64,000 nucleotides of DNA, taken from IMG/VR virus record IMGVR_UViG_3300017649_000199, one strand, 5' to 3'. Under the pieces are notes generated by a model. That model saw only the letters and a program-made list of their open reading frames with translations. It was not told the DNA's origin and made no database searches. Below are positions 45,318 through 54,982 of the stretch, one piece after another. How positions within the stretch are numbered: position 1 is the first letter of the stretch; every line of letters begins with the position of its first letter. The stretch comes from a virus. The position numbers were made by a program, and so were the translations under genes.

Positions 45318-46529
45318 TCAGGCCTGCGGCTTGAAGCGGCCCTTCACGAAGGCCTCAACGCGCCGCTTCGCCAAGCCGAGGCGCTCTTCCACCAGCAGCA
45401 CGCGCTGGTTCTTGACGAAGTCGTCGTTGATCATGCCGACCTTGAACAGGAAGCTCATGCGGTCGTAGATCGTCGCGCCGCGCTGGAAGTTGGCGACCAG
45501 GAACTCACCGCCGGTCGTGGTGCCATCGCCCTCGTCCATGCTGTCGGAGGCGACCACCGGGCGACCCCACAGGATCGGGGTGACGAAGCCCTGCAGGTTG
45601 GCGAAGAGGTAGCGGTTCTGGCTGTCCTTCTCCAGCTCGATGTTCATCCAGTCCAGCTCGGTCATCACCGTGGCGTCGGCCGAGAGCTTGGACTGCTTGC
45701 GCACCTGGTAGATCGCGCGGCGGACGGTGTCGATGGACGTATCGCTGGCCTTCGACAGCGTGTCATCGAACAGCGTTGCATCGGTCATCAGGCCCGGCAG
45801 GTTGTTGCCGACTCCGTCGCCCTTCAGGATCTGGGTTTCTTCTTCCAGCTTCAGGTCGTAGCGCAGCAGCTGCTGCAGGTAGCCGTACAGCTGCGGCACG
45901 TCGTCCAGCGCCTCGTCGGTGACCGGAATCCAGACCGCCAGCTTCTTCACCAGGTCGGTCTTCTGCTCGAAGGTGACGTTGCTCTGCGGCTTGGCAGTGC
46001 CCTCGCCCACCGCCCCTGCGCCACGGGTGTGCAGCTTCTCGCGGTAGTAGGTGTAGCTCTGGCCGGTGACCGGGACCGAAGGGATCAGGTCGCGGATGCG
46101 CAGCTCCTGCCGGATGCCCGGCTGGATCGTCGGATCATAATTGGGCACGACGATGCCGGCGCTGGTGACCGCCTTGGTCTCATGCATGGCCGCCAGCTCG
46201 TCCTTCTTGATCTCGATCTCGGCCGCCGACTTCTCGCGCCCCATCAGCGACTTGTACTCGTCGTTGCCCTTGATGAAGTCAATGAAGCCCTTCTTCTGGC
46301 CCGGCTGGTTGCCCAGGCCGATGCCTTTCTCTTCCAGCTTGAGCACCTTGTCGACCACCTTCTGGATTTCGCCGGTGGCGTTGTCGATCTGCTTCTTGAG
46401 GTCGGCGCTGACCTGGTTGCCCTTCTCGATCTGCTCCGAGGCGGCGTCGTACTTCTTCTGGAGGCCAGCGAAGCCATCCTTCAGCTGCCTTTCCAGGCCT
46501 TCGCGGATCTCGTTGATGTTGTCGCTCAT
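45318..46529 (-). CDS. Major capsid protein (HK97 family)
   Basis: Delta-domain coiled coil, EGTAKP, ILKGDG, LWGRPVV. Confidence 0.95.
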   Translation of the reverse strand: MSDNINEIREGLERQLKDGFAGLQKKYDAASEQIEKGNQVSADLKKQIDNATGEIQKVVDKVLKLEEKGIGLGNQPGQKKGFIDFIKGNDEYKSLMGREKSAAEIEIKKDELAAMHETKAVTSAGIVVPNYDPTIQPGIRQELRIRDLIPSVPVTGQSYTYYREKLHTRGAGAVGEGTAKPQSNVTFEQKTDLVKKLAVWIPVTDEALDDVPQLYGYLQQLLRYDLKLEEETQILKGDGVGNNLPGLMTDATLFDDTLSKASDTSIDTVRRAIYQVRKQSKLSADATVMTELDWMNIELEKDSQNRYLFANLQGFVTPILWGRPVVASDSMDEGDGTTTGGEFLVANFQRGATIYDRMSFLFKVGMINDDFVKNQRVLLVEERLGLAKRRVEAFVKGRFKPQA

Positions 46530-47173
46530 TGGGTGGTTCCCTTGAAAATGGATTCGATGGTTGTGCCGAGTTGCTTCAGCTGCTGCACGGTCTCCGTGTC
46601 CCCGATCCCACCGTCTCGGTGGATCGCAGGAAAGCCGAGCGAGGCGACGGCAGCCGCCTCCTTCTGGGACAGCCCCATGCGCTCGCGCAGGGCCGATTCG
46701 AAGGTGCGAACGTCAGACTTGACGCTCATCACCTGTGCTTCTGGGTTCATGCCGAAGGGGACGACCGAGGCCTCCCACAGTTCGGCCTTCTTGATGACGC
46801 GCACCCGGCGCCCATCCCGGGTTTCGATGACGTCCTCCAGCGTGTTGAATCCGACCGACATCTCATCGAGCGTGCCGGCCTTCATCAGCTCATAGGCGTC
46901 CTTGGCGTAGCTGACGTTGAGGTTGACCTTGCCTTTCAGCAGCAGGCCATTACCGTCTTGCTTGAACTCGGCATCGCCGATCAGGCGGGTCAGGTTGTGA
47001 TACAGCGCCAGCCGCAGGCGGCCGGTGCGCGTCGTCTTCACCTTGACGAAGGCGCCGGGCAAGATGAGGTCCTCGCCCAGGTCGATGTTGTTGAACACCG
47101 AGGCGTAGCCTTCGAAGTTGCCGGCGTCGTCTGCCGACTTGACCTCGAACGGGCAGGCGTACTTGCTAAACAT
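46526..47173 (-). CDS. Prohead protease (HK97 family)
   Basis: FEGYASVF, YH, MSVGF, EASVV. Confidence 0.95.
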   Translation of the reverse strand: MFSKYACPFEVKSADDAGNFEGYASVFNNIDLGEDLILPGAFVKVKTTRTGRLRLALYHNLTRLIGDAEFKQDGNGLLLKGKVNLNVSYAKDAYELMKAGTLDEMSVGFNTLEDVIETRDGRRVRVIKKAELWEASVVPFGMNPEAQVMSVKSDVRTFESALRERMGLSQKEAAAVASLGFPAIHRDGGIGDTETVQQLKQLGTTIESIFKGTTQ

Positions 47174-48425
47174 TGGCGGGGTCTCCCGTTTTGTCGTCTG
47201 TGCTGGAATCGGGCTTGTTGCTGGTCCACCGGGTGACCTGGTTGTACTGATCGCCGTCGAGCACGGGCAGGTTCTCCTTCACCCGGACCTCGTTGATCGT
47301 CATCCACCCGGAACCGCCCGACCCGCCGAGAGCGGTCTTGTAGTACGTGGATCGTGCGCTGCTGTCGGCGCGGAGCAGGCCTTCCACTACCGCCTCAACG
47401 AACATGTCCGTCTCGGAGAAGAGCTTGTCGTTGATCTCGCATTCGAGGGCGTCCAGATACGGCTTGAGGCCGAACGTCACGAAGCCGCTGGTCTGCTGCT
47501 CCAGGTTCGAGCCCAGCACCGACGTGGAGCGTGCGCGGTTGGTCAGGTAGAGCGGTACGCCCCAGATGCCCGCAAGGGCCTCCTCCTGGAACTGCTGCGA
47601 CTCGATGAACTGGCTGTCCTTCTGCGTCAGGCCCGCCGGCGTGATGGTCGGGCCACCCTGCAGAATCGCCATCTTGCCCAGGTCGTCCACGTCGCCCTGC
47701 CGGATGTCCGGCAGCTTCGCTTTGATCTGTGCTTGCTGCTCCTTGGTGAGGAAGCCCTGGTAGATGATGTATCCACCGGTAAAGCCGCCTTTCCGCATGA
47801 AACGCGCCGACCAATCCTGTGCCGCGCGCGCCAAGCCAATCGTTTCGGCCTGGCACTCCACCGGCGACATGCCAATGACGCCATCCGGGCTGAACAGCTT
47901 GAAATGCAGCATGTTCTCCGGGGACACCGGCGTTTCACTGCCGTTGATGGTCACCCAATAGATCAGGCCCTCGTCGGTGTCGATGCGGACGTTGTCCACC
48001 GCGACCGGGATCAGGCCGATCCATTGCCCGTCGTCGTCGCGCTGGATGATGGCGAAGGCATTGCCCCGCAAAGCCATGTTCACCACCATGGCTTTGATGA
48101 AGTCCAGCCACTTGATGTACGGGTTCGGCTTGCTGAGTAGCCGCAGCAGCCGGCGGCGCTGTGGGCTGGTGCCCCTGACGCGCGAGCGGACGCCGCCGGA
48201 GTCCTCGTAGAGCGGCCAGGGCAGGCCGGCGGCCGACTCGGACAGGACTTTCACGCACGACCAGACGATGCTGACGGTCATCGCCTTATTCGGCGTCACG
48301 CGCACGCCAGATTTCGTGCTGCGCCCACCTGTCGATAGGTCGACCTCGACGTAGTTGCCCGTGGCCGGGTCGTCGTACCCGAAGAACCGCCAACTCAACG
48401 GGTTGTACCAGCGAAAGGTTGTCAT
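47166..48425 (-). CDS. Portal protein (HK97 family)
   Basis: VWSCVKVLS, PNPY, GMSP, TINEVR. Confidence 0.95.
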   Translation of the reverse strand: MTTFRWYNPLSWRFFGYDDPATGNYVEVDLSTGGRSTKSGVRVTPNKAMTVSIVWSCVKVLSESAAGLPWPLYEDSGGVRSRVRGTSPQRRRLLRLLSKPNPYIKWLDFIKAMVVNMALRGNAFAIIQRDDDGQWIGLIPVAVDNVRIDTDEGLIYWVTINGSETPVSPENMLHFKLFSPDGVIGMSPVECQAETIGLARAAQDWSARFMRKGGFTGGYIIYQGFLTKEQQAQIKAKLPDIRQGDVDDLGKMAILQGGPTITPAGLTQKDSQFIESQQFQEEALAGIWGVPLYLTNRARSTSVLGSNLEQQTSGFVTFGLKPYLDALECEINDKLFSETDMFVEAVVEGLLRADSSARSTYYKTALGGSGGSGWMTINEVRVKENLPVLDGDQYNQVTRWTSNKPDSSTDDKTGDPANV

Positions 48426-50329
48426 CCGATCAGTCCAAAGAAGCCGTTTTCCAGGTAGTCGTCTATGCCGCCGGCATCCGGCGGCATGGCGTGTGCCGCG
48501 CCGATGGCCATGCAAAGGGCCACCGCGGCGTCGATCTTGTTTGCCGACCGGGCCTTCGACAGCCAGCTGTTGCCCCAGCGGTCCGATTCGATGACGGCGG
48601 ACATGATTGCGGACACCAAAACAGGGTTGCGGCGCAGGCGCAGACGACCTTCCAGCAGCGCCTCTTCCAGCAGGCGCAGCGATCCGGGCATCCACATGCC
48701 TTCAGGTACTGGCTGTCCCGACTGCTCAGCGGCCTCCACCGCCGCTTCGAGCGGCTTGCCTTTCTTGCAACCGCCCTGCGGGTGCTCCGCGAAGGTCACA
48801 GATAGGCCAATGTCGTTGACCTCCTCTTCGAAGCGGCGGAACGCGTAGCGGTCGTACGCGACCAGCTGCACGTCATAGCGGCTGTCGTACTCAGCCATGA
48901 CCTGGGCCACGTGCCGGAAGTTGATGGCCTGCCCTTGAGGCGCGTGCAGGTGTCCACCGTTGACCCACGTGCGATAGGGCAGCTTGTCCTGCAATTGCCG
49001 TTGATCCAACGTGTCGCCTGGCGTCCAAGCCTCGATCCAGGCGTCGAACGTCGGCTTCTCGATGATCAGCTTCTCGCCCTCGACCTCCACCTCTACCGGG
49101 ACAGTGCCGGTCTCCACGACCGCCGCCATCGCGGTGATATCGCGAACCTGCGACAGGTCGAGGCCCAGGTAGACCTTGCGCCCCTCATGCATGCGCGGGT
49201 CGAAGTCGGCCAGCGCCGGTTCCAGCGTTGGGCGCGTCATCCAGGCGGTCTCCGCATCGGTCCACACGCAGAAGTGCAGACGAAGAATGCCGTTCAGTGC
49301 CCCGGGGATCGCTTTGGCTTGCGCCACCACGTCCGCCAGGTACTGCTCGGTGATAGTTACCCCCAGCAGGGGATTGGCCTTTGCCCAGCAGCTGGGGTCC
49401 TCAAGCGGGTCGTCGCCGTCGTCCAGGCTGCACACGTAGCTGAAGGTGCGGTCATCGATAACGCCGCCGACGAAGGTCGGATCGTTCACCGCCTCGGTAT
49501 GGCCGGCGGCGACCTTGACGGCATGCTCGTGCTCCTCCCAACACACCGAGGTCCGGTCGCTGCCGGAGTTGGTGATCATGAAGAGCAGCGGCTCGCGGCG
49601 GAACTTGAAGCCGCGCTCCAGCATTTCGATGATTCGCCGGTCGGGAAGCTCGTGCACCTCATCGACCAGCACGAAGAACGGTCGAGGACCGGAGCCGGTG
49701 CGGCCCGTATCGCGCGACACCGGCCGGAAGAAGCTCGCGCTGGCGTGGTGCGCCATGCTGAACTCCCGACCCTCACCGCCGGCGAACTCGATGCGCTTGG
49801 CCAGGAGCGGCGACTTCTTGACCATCTTCACCGCGTCGGCGAACAGGATGCCAGCCTGGTCCTTCTTCGCCGCTGCCGAGTAGATCTGTGCGCCAGCCTC
49901 GCCTGCGGCCGTCATCCCCAGCAGCCCCAGCCCACCGGCCAGCGGGCTCTTGCCGTTGCCCTTCCCCTGCTCGATGTACGCGCGGCGGAACCTGCGAAGC
50001 CCGTCTGCGCCCTTCCAGCCAAAGAGCGAGCCGATGATGAACGCCTGCGAAGGGTGCAGCTCGAACTTCCGGCCCTCGAACTGACCCTCGGAGAGCATCA
50101 GGACGTTCTCGAAGTAGCGGAACGCGTACTCGGCAGCCCCGTGGTCAAAGTAAAGGCCCCGTTCGGGGCCTTCGATCAGATCCTGCAGGTGGCGCCGGCA
50201 GGCGTTTCGGACATGGGGGCCGGCAACGATCCGGCCAGCCACCACATCCAGCGCATACGCCTTAGTGCGGTCGGCCGGAGCCGGGGCCACCGAAGAATTC
50301 TTCGCCCTTGTCGTCTTCGTCACCGCCAT
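48422..50329 (-). CDS. terL: Terminase large subunit
   Basis: GKGNGKS, VDEVH, GLDLS, KIDAAVA. Confidence 0.95.
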   Translation of the reverse strand: MAVTKTTRAKNSSVAPAPADRTKAYALDVVAGRIVAGPHVRNACRRHLQDLIEGPERGLYFDHGAAEYAFRYFENVLMLSEGQFEGRKFELHPSQAFIIGSLFGWKGADGLRRFRRAYIEQGKGNGKSPLAGGLGLLGMTAAGEAGAQIYSAAAKKDQAGILFADAVKMVKKSPLLAKRIEFAGGEGREFSMAHHASASFFRPVSRDTGRTGSGPRPFFVLVDEVHELPDRRIIEMLERGFKFRREPLLFMITNSGSDRTSVCWEEHEHAVKVAAGHTEAVNDPTFVGGVIDDRTFSYVCSLDDGDDPLEDPSCWAKANPLLGVTITEQYLADVVAQAKAIPGALNGILRLHFCVWTDAETAWMTRPTLEPALADFDPRMHEGRKVYLGLDLSQVRDITAMAAVVETGTVPVEVEVEGEKLIIEKPTFDAWIEAWTPGDTLDQRQLQDKLPYRTWVNGGHLHAPQGQAINFRHVAQVMAEYDSRYDVQLVAYDRYAFRRFEEEVNDIGLSVTFAEHPQGGCKKGKPLEAAVEAAEQSGQPVPEGMWMPGSLRLLEEALLEGRLRLRRNPVLVSAIMSAVIESDRWGNSWLSKARSANKIDAAVALCMAIGAAHAMPPDAGGIDDYLENGFFGLIG

Positions 50330-50666
50330 GCGAGACCTTCGATTCATCCACAGGTGTGGCGCCCAGCTTCGAAAGGATCGAGCTGAGCGCCTGGGTTGCT
50401 GACACGCCGAACTCGGCTTTCGGGTCATCCATCCGGGCCGTCCAGAGGCAGGCCAAGCGGAGCAGTACTCGGTGGCTCGCGTTGAGCCAGGGCATTTCCG
50501 TTGCGAATTCCTTCCATGCCCGCTTCTCCGCCGCAGTCATGGCCTTGTACGGCTCGCCCAAGCTTCGTGTGCCCGCCGGCTTCTTCCGGCCAGCGTGCCG
50601 GCCGGGATTCTTGATGGCGGCGCCGCTTGTCGCAGCCTTTGCGACGGGCAATCGGGGCCTTGGCAT
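50262..50666 (-). CDS. terS: Terminase small subunit (P27-like)
   Basis: MPRPRLP, LGATP motifs, upstream of terL. Confidence 0.8.
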   Translation of the reverse strand: MPRPRLPVAKAATSGAAIKNPGRHAGRKKPAGTRSLGEPYKAMTAAEKRAWKEFATEMPWLNASHRVLLRLACLWTARMDDPKAEFGVSATQALSSILSKLGATPVDESKVSHGGDEDDKGEEFFGGPGSGRPH

Positions 50667-50689
50667 GAATTCCTCGGGAAAATGCGGGA

Positions 50690-50810
50690 TTTCTTAACTG
50701 GGAGCGCCCGTTCGAGGGTCGTCCCGTGAATTGTGGATACGCGAATTTAGGGGGACAGTCGGTCTAGAGGGCCGGGAATGGCATAAATTCACCCCCCCCT
50801 GTGGAACGCA
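50690..50810. other. Probable cos region
   Basis: Non-coding gap between HNH and terS with a C8 run, the usual cos position in HK97-like phages. Confidence 0.4.
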
Positions 50811-50824
50811 GGCGTGGAACCAAG

Positions 50825-51145
50825 TCACACGGTGATCGGCCATCCCTCGTCGTCGCACCCTCTGATCTGCACCGCACCACGCTCTAGGCGCGCCTGGTCC
50901 GTGTTGTGGCAGTCGTCGCACTGGCTGTCGAAGGGGCCGTTCCAGAACATCTCCTCGGTCTCCCCGGGTGGATGTCCGTTGGTGTGGTTGCACACCGTCG
51001 CCACCTTCACATGGCCCCGCGCCTTGCACTTGCTGCACAGCGGCTCGCGCTCTAGCTGTGCCTTGCGGGTGCGCTGCCAGCGGGCGGTGCCGTACAGGTG
51101 CGCGAACTTCGTGCCGCCTCGCTGGCGCCCTGGTCTCCTGCCCAT
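50825..51145 (-). CDS. Terminase-associated HNH endonuclease
   Basis: RW...R..QL..EPLC..C, C..CH, GCD..GWP. Confidence 0.85.
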   Translation of the reverse strand: MGRRPGRQRGGTKFAHLYGTARWQRTRKAQLEREPLCSKCKARGHVKVATVCNHTNGHPPGETEEMFWNGPFDSQCDDCHNTDQARLERGAVQIRGCDDEGWPITV

Positions 51146-51320
51146 CACGCTCTCCCGCGACCGCGGCGCACAACTCGCACGACCAGGCCGCGCCGTATCC
51201 ACCACTCCACCCGCTGCCAGTCCGGCTCCAGACCGGTCTCGCGGGCGAACCACACCACCACGCGCAGATACCAGCGCACCCACCAGCGCCAGCCGATGGA
51301 TGATGTGACCGTTTCCGACA

Positions 51321-51677
51321 TCAGAACTCCTCCACCGCCCAGCCGCCGCCGTCCTTCTTCGGGCGCACGCGCACCGCGATGAACCGGAACGGGTACTGAT
51401 CGGCCGCGATCTTGATCTTCGCCCTGGCATCGTCCTGCCAGAACCCTTTCACCTCGTGCAGCTCCATCACGCCGTCCGCCGCAAGGACCGCAAAGTCCGG
51501 CGTATAGAACGTGTTGTCGGCCAGCCGCAGCTTGATGCCCTCGAAACGGAACCAGAGGATTTCCCCCGCGTGCTGCAGCGCGCGCAGGTGCTCGGCATAC
51601 GCCGCCTCCGTCTGGTTCATCTTCCCGGGCTTGAGCCGGCCGAGCGCCAGGTGTCCGCCTCCGGCCTTGCGCTTCAT
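51321..51677 (-). CDS. PD-(D/E)XK endonuclease (DUF1064-like)
   Basis: YTPDF, EVKG. Confidence 0.75.
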   Translation of the reverse strand: MKRKAGGGHLALGRLKPGKMNQTEAAYAEHLRALQHAGEILWFRFEGIKLRLADNTFYTPDFAVLAADGVMELHEVKGFWQDDARAKIKIAADQYPFRFIAVRVRPKKDGGGWAVEEF

Positions 51678-51857
51678 CCGCAGGCTTTCCGCAGGGTCCG
51701 CACCTGGCCGGCCAATACGGCTACCAGCTTCCGCCGTGCCAACCGGCTGTCCGTGCTGGCGATGGACGCCGACGTACGAAGGATCGCCGCGGCCAGCCAG
51801 ACGTGCAGGTCTGCTTGGGGAACGCCCTTGGTGGAGATGGACACCGTAGTCTCCCCT

Positions 51858-52454
51858 CTATCGGGGCAGTATTGGATGCTCATCTCCCACCTCCATGGCG
51901 CAGCCGGCCGCGATGACCGCATGCCGGGTGTCGATCAATTCCCGCTGGAGCCAGCCGATCCAGGCATCGGCGCGGGCGGCACCTGCAATAAGGTTTGCTG
52001 CGCCTGCTGCCCGAAGGTCGGCGGCAGCATCTTGTCCTGCGGCAATGGGCGCAGCTCCACCGGCACCGGCTCCGGGCGCAGCACAGGCCCACTCCGGGCG
52101 CAGCTGCACAGAACCGCGGCGCAGAGCAGCAGCAAGATCACGTTCGGCACGGTTCGCATCGTTGAGGGCCTTCTGGTAGCGGGTGTCGTTCTCGTGCCGG
52201 CTCTGGGCCAGCGCCTTGGATGCAACGCGCGCCTTTGCGGCCACCGCGGCGGTGGCTTCGGCCAGCTGCTGCAGCGTCGCGGCGTGCTGTGCGTTCTCGG
52301 TGGCCCGGGCCTGGACTTCGGCCTGGTACTCGCCACGCCAGTGGTCGCCTCCCCAGCGGTAGCCCAAGGCGAGCAGCAGCGCGGCTAGTAGCGCCCCGCC
52401 ACAGAAGCGGGCGACGTTTGCGTAGGGGCGCAGTGGATCGATGGACAGGCTCAT
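51858..52454 (-). CDS. Rz-like inner-membrane spanin
   Basis: N-terminal TM plus coiled coil after endolysin. Confidence 0.8.
   Translation of the reverse strand: MSLSIDPLRPYANVARFCGGALLAALLLALGYRWGGDHWRGEYQAEVQARATENAQHAATLQQLAEATAAVAAKARVASKALAQSRHENDTRYQKALNDANRAERDLAAALRRGSVQLRPEWACAAPGAGAGGAAPIAAGQDAAADLRAAGAANLIAGAARADAWIGWLQRELIDTRHAVIAAGCAMEVGDEHPILPR
51935..52159 (-). CDS. Rz1-like outer-membrane spanin (embedded lipoprotein)
   Basis: MRTVPNVILLLLCAAVLCSC lipobox, Pro-rich, nested in another frame of Rz. Confidence 0.7.
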   Translation of the reverse strand: MRTVPNVILLLLCAAVLCSCARSGPVLRPEPVPVELRPLPQDKMLPPTFGQQAQQTLLQVPPAPMPGSAGSSGN

Positions 52455-52708
52455 CGATCAATCCTCCGGCCGACGGTGATGGGGCTCTCGATGGTCTTGT
52501 CCGACGAAACGAACCACGACCCGAACTCCAGAACCGCATCCACGAACATGCACCACAGATGGAGCAGCGGAACCTTCGGGCTCCCGGTGACCTGCTCCTC
52601 ACTGTCGATGCGCAGCCAGGACGGAACACCGAACATCCGGCCCTCGTGGGTCATCCCCGCCTCGATGGCGTCGGCCTCCGTGATGTACAGCCAGTACGGC
52701 ACTCGCAT
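52451..52708 (-). CDS. Hypothetical protein in lysis cassette
   Basis: MRVPYWLY...GMTHEG.MFGVP. Confidence 0.6.
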   Translation of the reverse strand: MRVPYWLYITEADAIEAGMTHEGRMFGVPSWLRIDSEEQVTGSPKVPLLHLWCMFVDAVLEFGSWFVSSDKTIESPITVGRRIDR

Positions 52709-52709
52709 C

Positions 52710-53324
52710 TCAATCTCCCTGCTCGGCCATGCACTTGGCATGGCGCTCCTGTTGTCGTGTCCACACGCCCTTGCAGCCCTTCGGCCCCCAGTTCTGGGGG
52801 AGCGAGCAATCCCGGCCGCCCTGCTTCTTCCAAGCCAGCAGCGCATCGCACGCCGCGCGGTAGTGGCCCGCCTGGTCGGCGGGCGTCTTGGCCTCCACCG
52901 TCGCCAGCAGATGCCGGCGCATGCTCGACTTCCGCCAGTTCCCGATTCCGTACTGGCCGATGAAATCGACGTACAGGTCGTATTCGCCTTGGGTCAGCGA
53001 AACACCGGGGATCGATGCCTTGAAGCGCGCCTCCTCCTCTCGGTGGAGGTTCCGGGCAAGCTCGGCAGCGCGCGCGCGGGTAATGGGCTCATCGGTCAGC
53101 CGCACCGGGCGACCGTCCTCATACCGGGTGGAGCCGTGCCCGATGGTCGGCACGTCGCCTTTCGTCGGGATGTAGGGCCTGTGCACCACCTGCCCGTCGT
53201 CGCGCACTGCGGTGGGACCATCGCCCTCCTTCGCAACCCAGCCCGCGAATGCCGCCACGCTCAGGGTCAGGGCGACCGCCAGCATGCGAACCGGGCCGCC
53301 CCGGGATTCAGTCGTGGCGGCCAT
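52710..53324 (-). CDS. Endolysin (GH24 lysozyme, SAR-type)
   Basis: Hydrophobic N-terminus, EG...D.PTIGHG catalytic motif. Confidence 0.9.
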   Translation of the reverse strand: MAATTESRGGPVRMLAVALTLSVAAFAGWVAKEGDGPTAVRDDGQVVHRPYIPTKGDVPTIGHGSTRYEDGRPVRLTDEPITRARAAELARNLHREEEARFKASIPGVSLTQGEYDLYVDFIGQYGIGNWRKSSMRRHLLATVEAKTPADQAGHYRAACDALLAWKKQGGRDCSLPQNWGPKGCKGVWTRQQERHAKCMAEQGD

Positions 53325-53610
53325 TGCGGTAGCCCTCCATCCGCGCGGCATGCTCGGCGGCTTCCCGCTGGCCACGTTCGGCATCGCGCGCCGCCTCGCG
53401 CCTGTCCTTGCGCCGGGTGTAGTACCACTGGATCAGCAGGCCCACGATCATGCCGGCGATACCGGCGAAGGCGGCCAGATCACTCGCGGACAGGCCGCCG
53501 ACGAATGCCGTGCTGCCACCGACGATGGTCGATACCTTGCCCACGGTGATGAGCGTTGCGTCTGCATGCTCTTGCACGGTCTTGTCCCTGTAGTTCGCCC
53601 GGTTCGGCAT
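53308..53610 (-). CDS. Holin
   Basis: Small TM protein with basic tail, upstream of endolysin. Confidence 0.75.
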   Translation of the reverse strand: MPNRANYRDKTVQEHADATLITVGKVSTIVGGSTAFVGGLSASDLAAFAGIAGMIVGLLIQWYYTRRKDRREAARDAERGQREAAEHAARMEGYRNGRHD

Positions 53611-53684
53611 GTGGTCCTCCCGGAATTTGAAGCCCGCCGCGCCACCGGGACGGAGGAACCCGGTCGGTACGGCGCAGCGGGCGG

Positions 53685-53719
53685 AAAAGAAAAAGCCCCG
53701 CCGTCGCCGGCAGGGCTTT
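53685..53719 (-). terminator. Terminator after hicB
   Basis: AAAGCCC/GGGCTTT hairpin with T-run on minus strand. Confidence 0.7.
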
Positions 53720-53752
53720 GTCGTGGTTCACCAGGGCTTCCCCTGGGTGTTG

Positions 53753-54175
53753 CTATGCGGCGCGGCTAACAGCCAGGTCGAGCCTGGCGCCCAGCGCGCG
53801 CAGCGCGTCGGCGATGGTGTCGATCTTCGTTGCGTGCCCGAGATCCACAATCCGGTTCACCACCTGCGGCGATGTACCCATGCGGCGCGCCAGCTCCGAA
53901 GGCGTCACGCCCTGGGCCAGCATCTCGTTCAGCAGCAACGCCTTCGCGGTGAAGCCAGCCGGCAGCGAGATACCCACCTCACCCCGGCGAAGCTCCGACG
54001 GCGGCGGCACCGGCCGGCGGTCCTCGAAGTAGAACTCCATGGCAGTGGCGAGGGCATCGGCCGCCATCGCAATGGCTTCCTCCCTCGTGTCGCCCTGCGT
54101 GATCGCCTCCGGGATGTCCCGGAACGTCACCACATAGCCGCCGTCCTCCGGCGCCAGTTTTGCGGGATACAGCAT
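53753..54175 (-). CDS. hicB: HicB antitoxin
   Basis: YVVTFRDIPEAITQGDTREEA plus C-terminal HTH. Confidence 0.93.
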   Translation of the reverse strand: MLYPAKLAPEDGGYVVTFRDIPEAITQGDTREEAIAMAADALATAMEFYFEDRRPVPPPSELRRGEVGISLPAGFTAKALLLNEMLAQGVTPSELARRMGTSPQVVNRIVDLGHATKIDTIADALRALGARLDLAVSRAA

Positions 54176-54216
54176 GTGCTATCAGATGATCCCTTGCGAG
54201 CCGAAGGCGCCGCCCC

Positions 54217-54402
54217 TTACCGGGGCGGTTCCTCCATTCCTAGCTGCTTGATGATGGCCCTCCGTGTGCCTTCCTTCATCTCCGCAGCGTGTCGGGGCAG
54301 TGTCGATTGCTTCCCTTTGTAGTACAGCTTGGTGTGATTGGCTCCTTCCTTCATCACCACGCCTTGGGACTGCAACCACCGCCTGAACTCGCTTGTTTTC
54401 AT
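54217..54402 (-). CDS. hicA: HicA toxin (mRNA interferase)
   Basis: GANH, LPRH, I.KQLG. Confidence 0.92.
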   Translation of the reverse strand: MKTSEFRRWLQSQGVVMKEGANHTKLYYKGKQSTLPRHAAEMKEGTRRAIIKQLGMEEPPR

Positions 54403-54431
54403 CAGCCTCCGTTGTTGTTTCGATGGAGGCT

Positions 54432-54459
54432 ATTTTACACACTTTTGTGTAAATGTAAA
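54432..54459 (-). promoter_or_regulatory. hicAB promoter with palindromic operator
   Basis: TTTACA...TAAAAT on minus strand; TTTACACA-N4-TGTGTAAA palindrome. Confidence 0.7.
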
Positions 54460-54557
54460 CACTTTCGCTTAAACAATTTCAGGCTGGCGGGAGCCGGATA
54501 CGCAAACGGCCCGCCGATGTGGCGAGCCGTCCGGAGGGAGCTATCCCACCCTGCCTA

Positions 54558-54588
54558 GAACAGTACCACAATGTTGGCAACGGTCAAT
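54558..54588 (-). promoter_or_regulatory. pR'-like late promoter
   Basis: TTGACC-N16-TACTGT with extended TG, downstream of the Q-like region. Confidence 0.5.
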
Positions 54589-54982
54589 ACCACCGTGCGC
54601 GCCTATTCTTCTTGGGTGCAGCGCGCAGCAGCGCCAACGCTTCCTTGCTCAGCTTCTCCCAACGCGGAGCCCCGCCTACTTCGTCCCTGAACGCCTGATC
54701 GAGCTCGTCGCGGAACAGCCGTCCCTCCAATGCATAGTCGAATCGGTAGCCCTCACCGATGACATAGCGCGACGCCCATGTCCGCCGCAGCTTTCGGAGC
54801 AGCAGCTTTGCCCGCGACTGGCTTCCGATCCATGCCCACTGAGCCGCCCCTACTCGCTCCCGGCGCCGCAAGCTGCCCTCCGGGTCGCGGGACACGCCAA
54901 TCCTGACGATCCCGTCGTCCCCACAGGCCACGAACAAGTAGACGGCGTTGTTCGCCACATAGGCCAGGCCGTAGCTGTTCAT
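54584..54982 (-). CDS. Hypothetical protein, GIY-YIG/T5orf172-like
   Basis: VYLF......VRIGVSRDP. Confidence 0.5.
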   Translation of the reverse strand: MNSYGLAYVANNAVYLFVACGDDGIVRIGVSRDPEGSLRRRERVGAAQWAWIGSQSRAKLLLRKLRRTWASRYVIGEGYRFDYALEGRLFRDELDQAFRDEVGGAPRWEKLSKEALALLRAAPKKNRRARWY

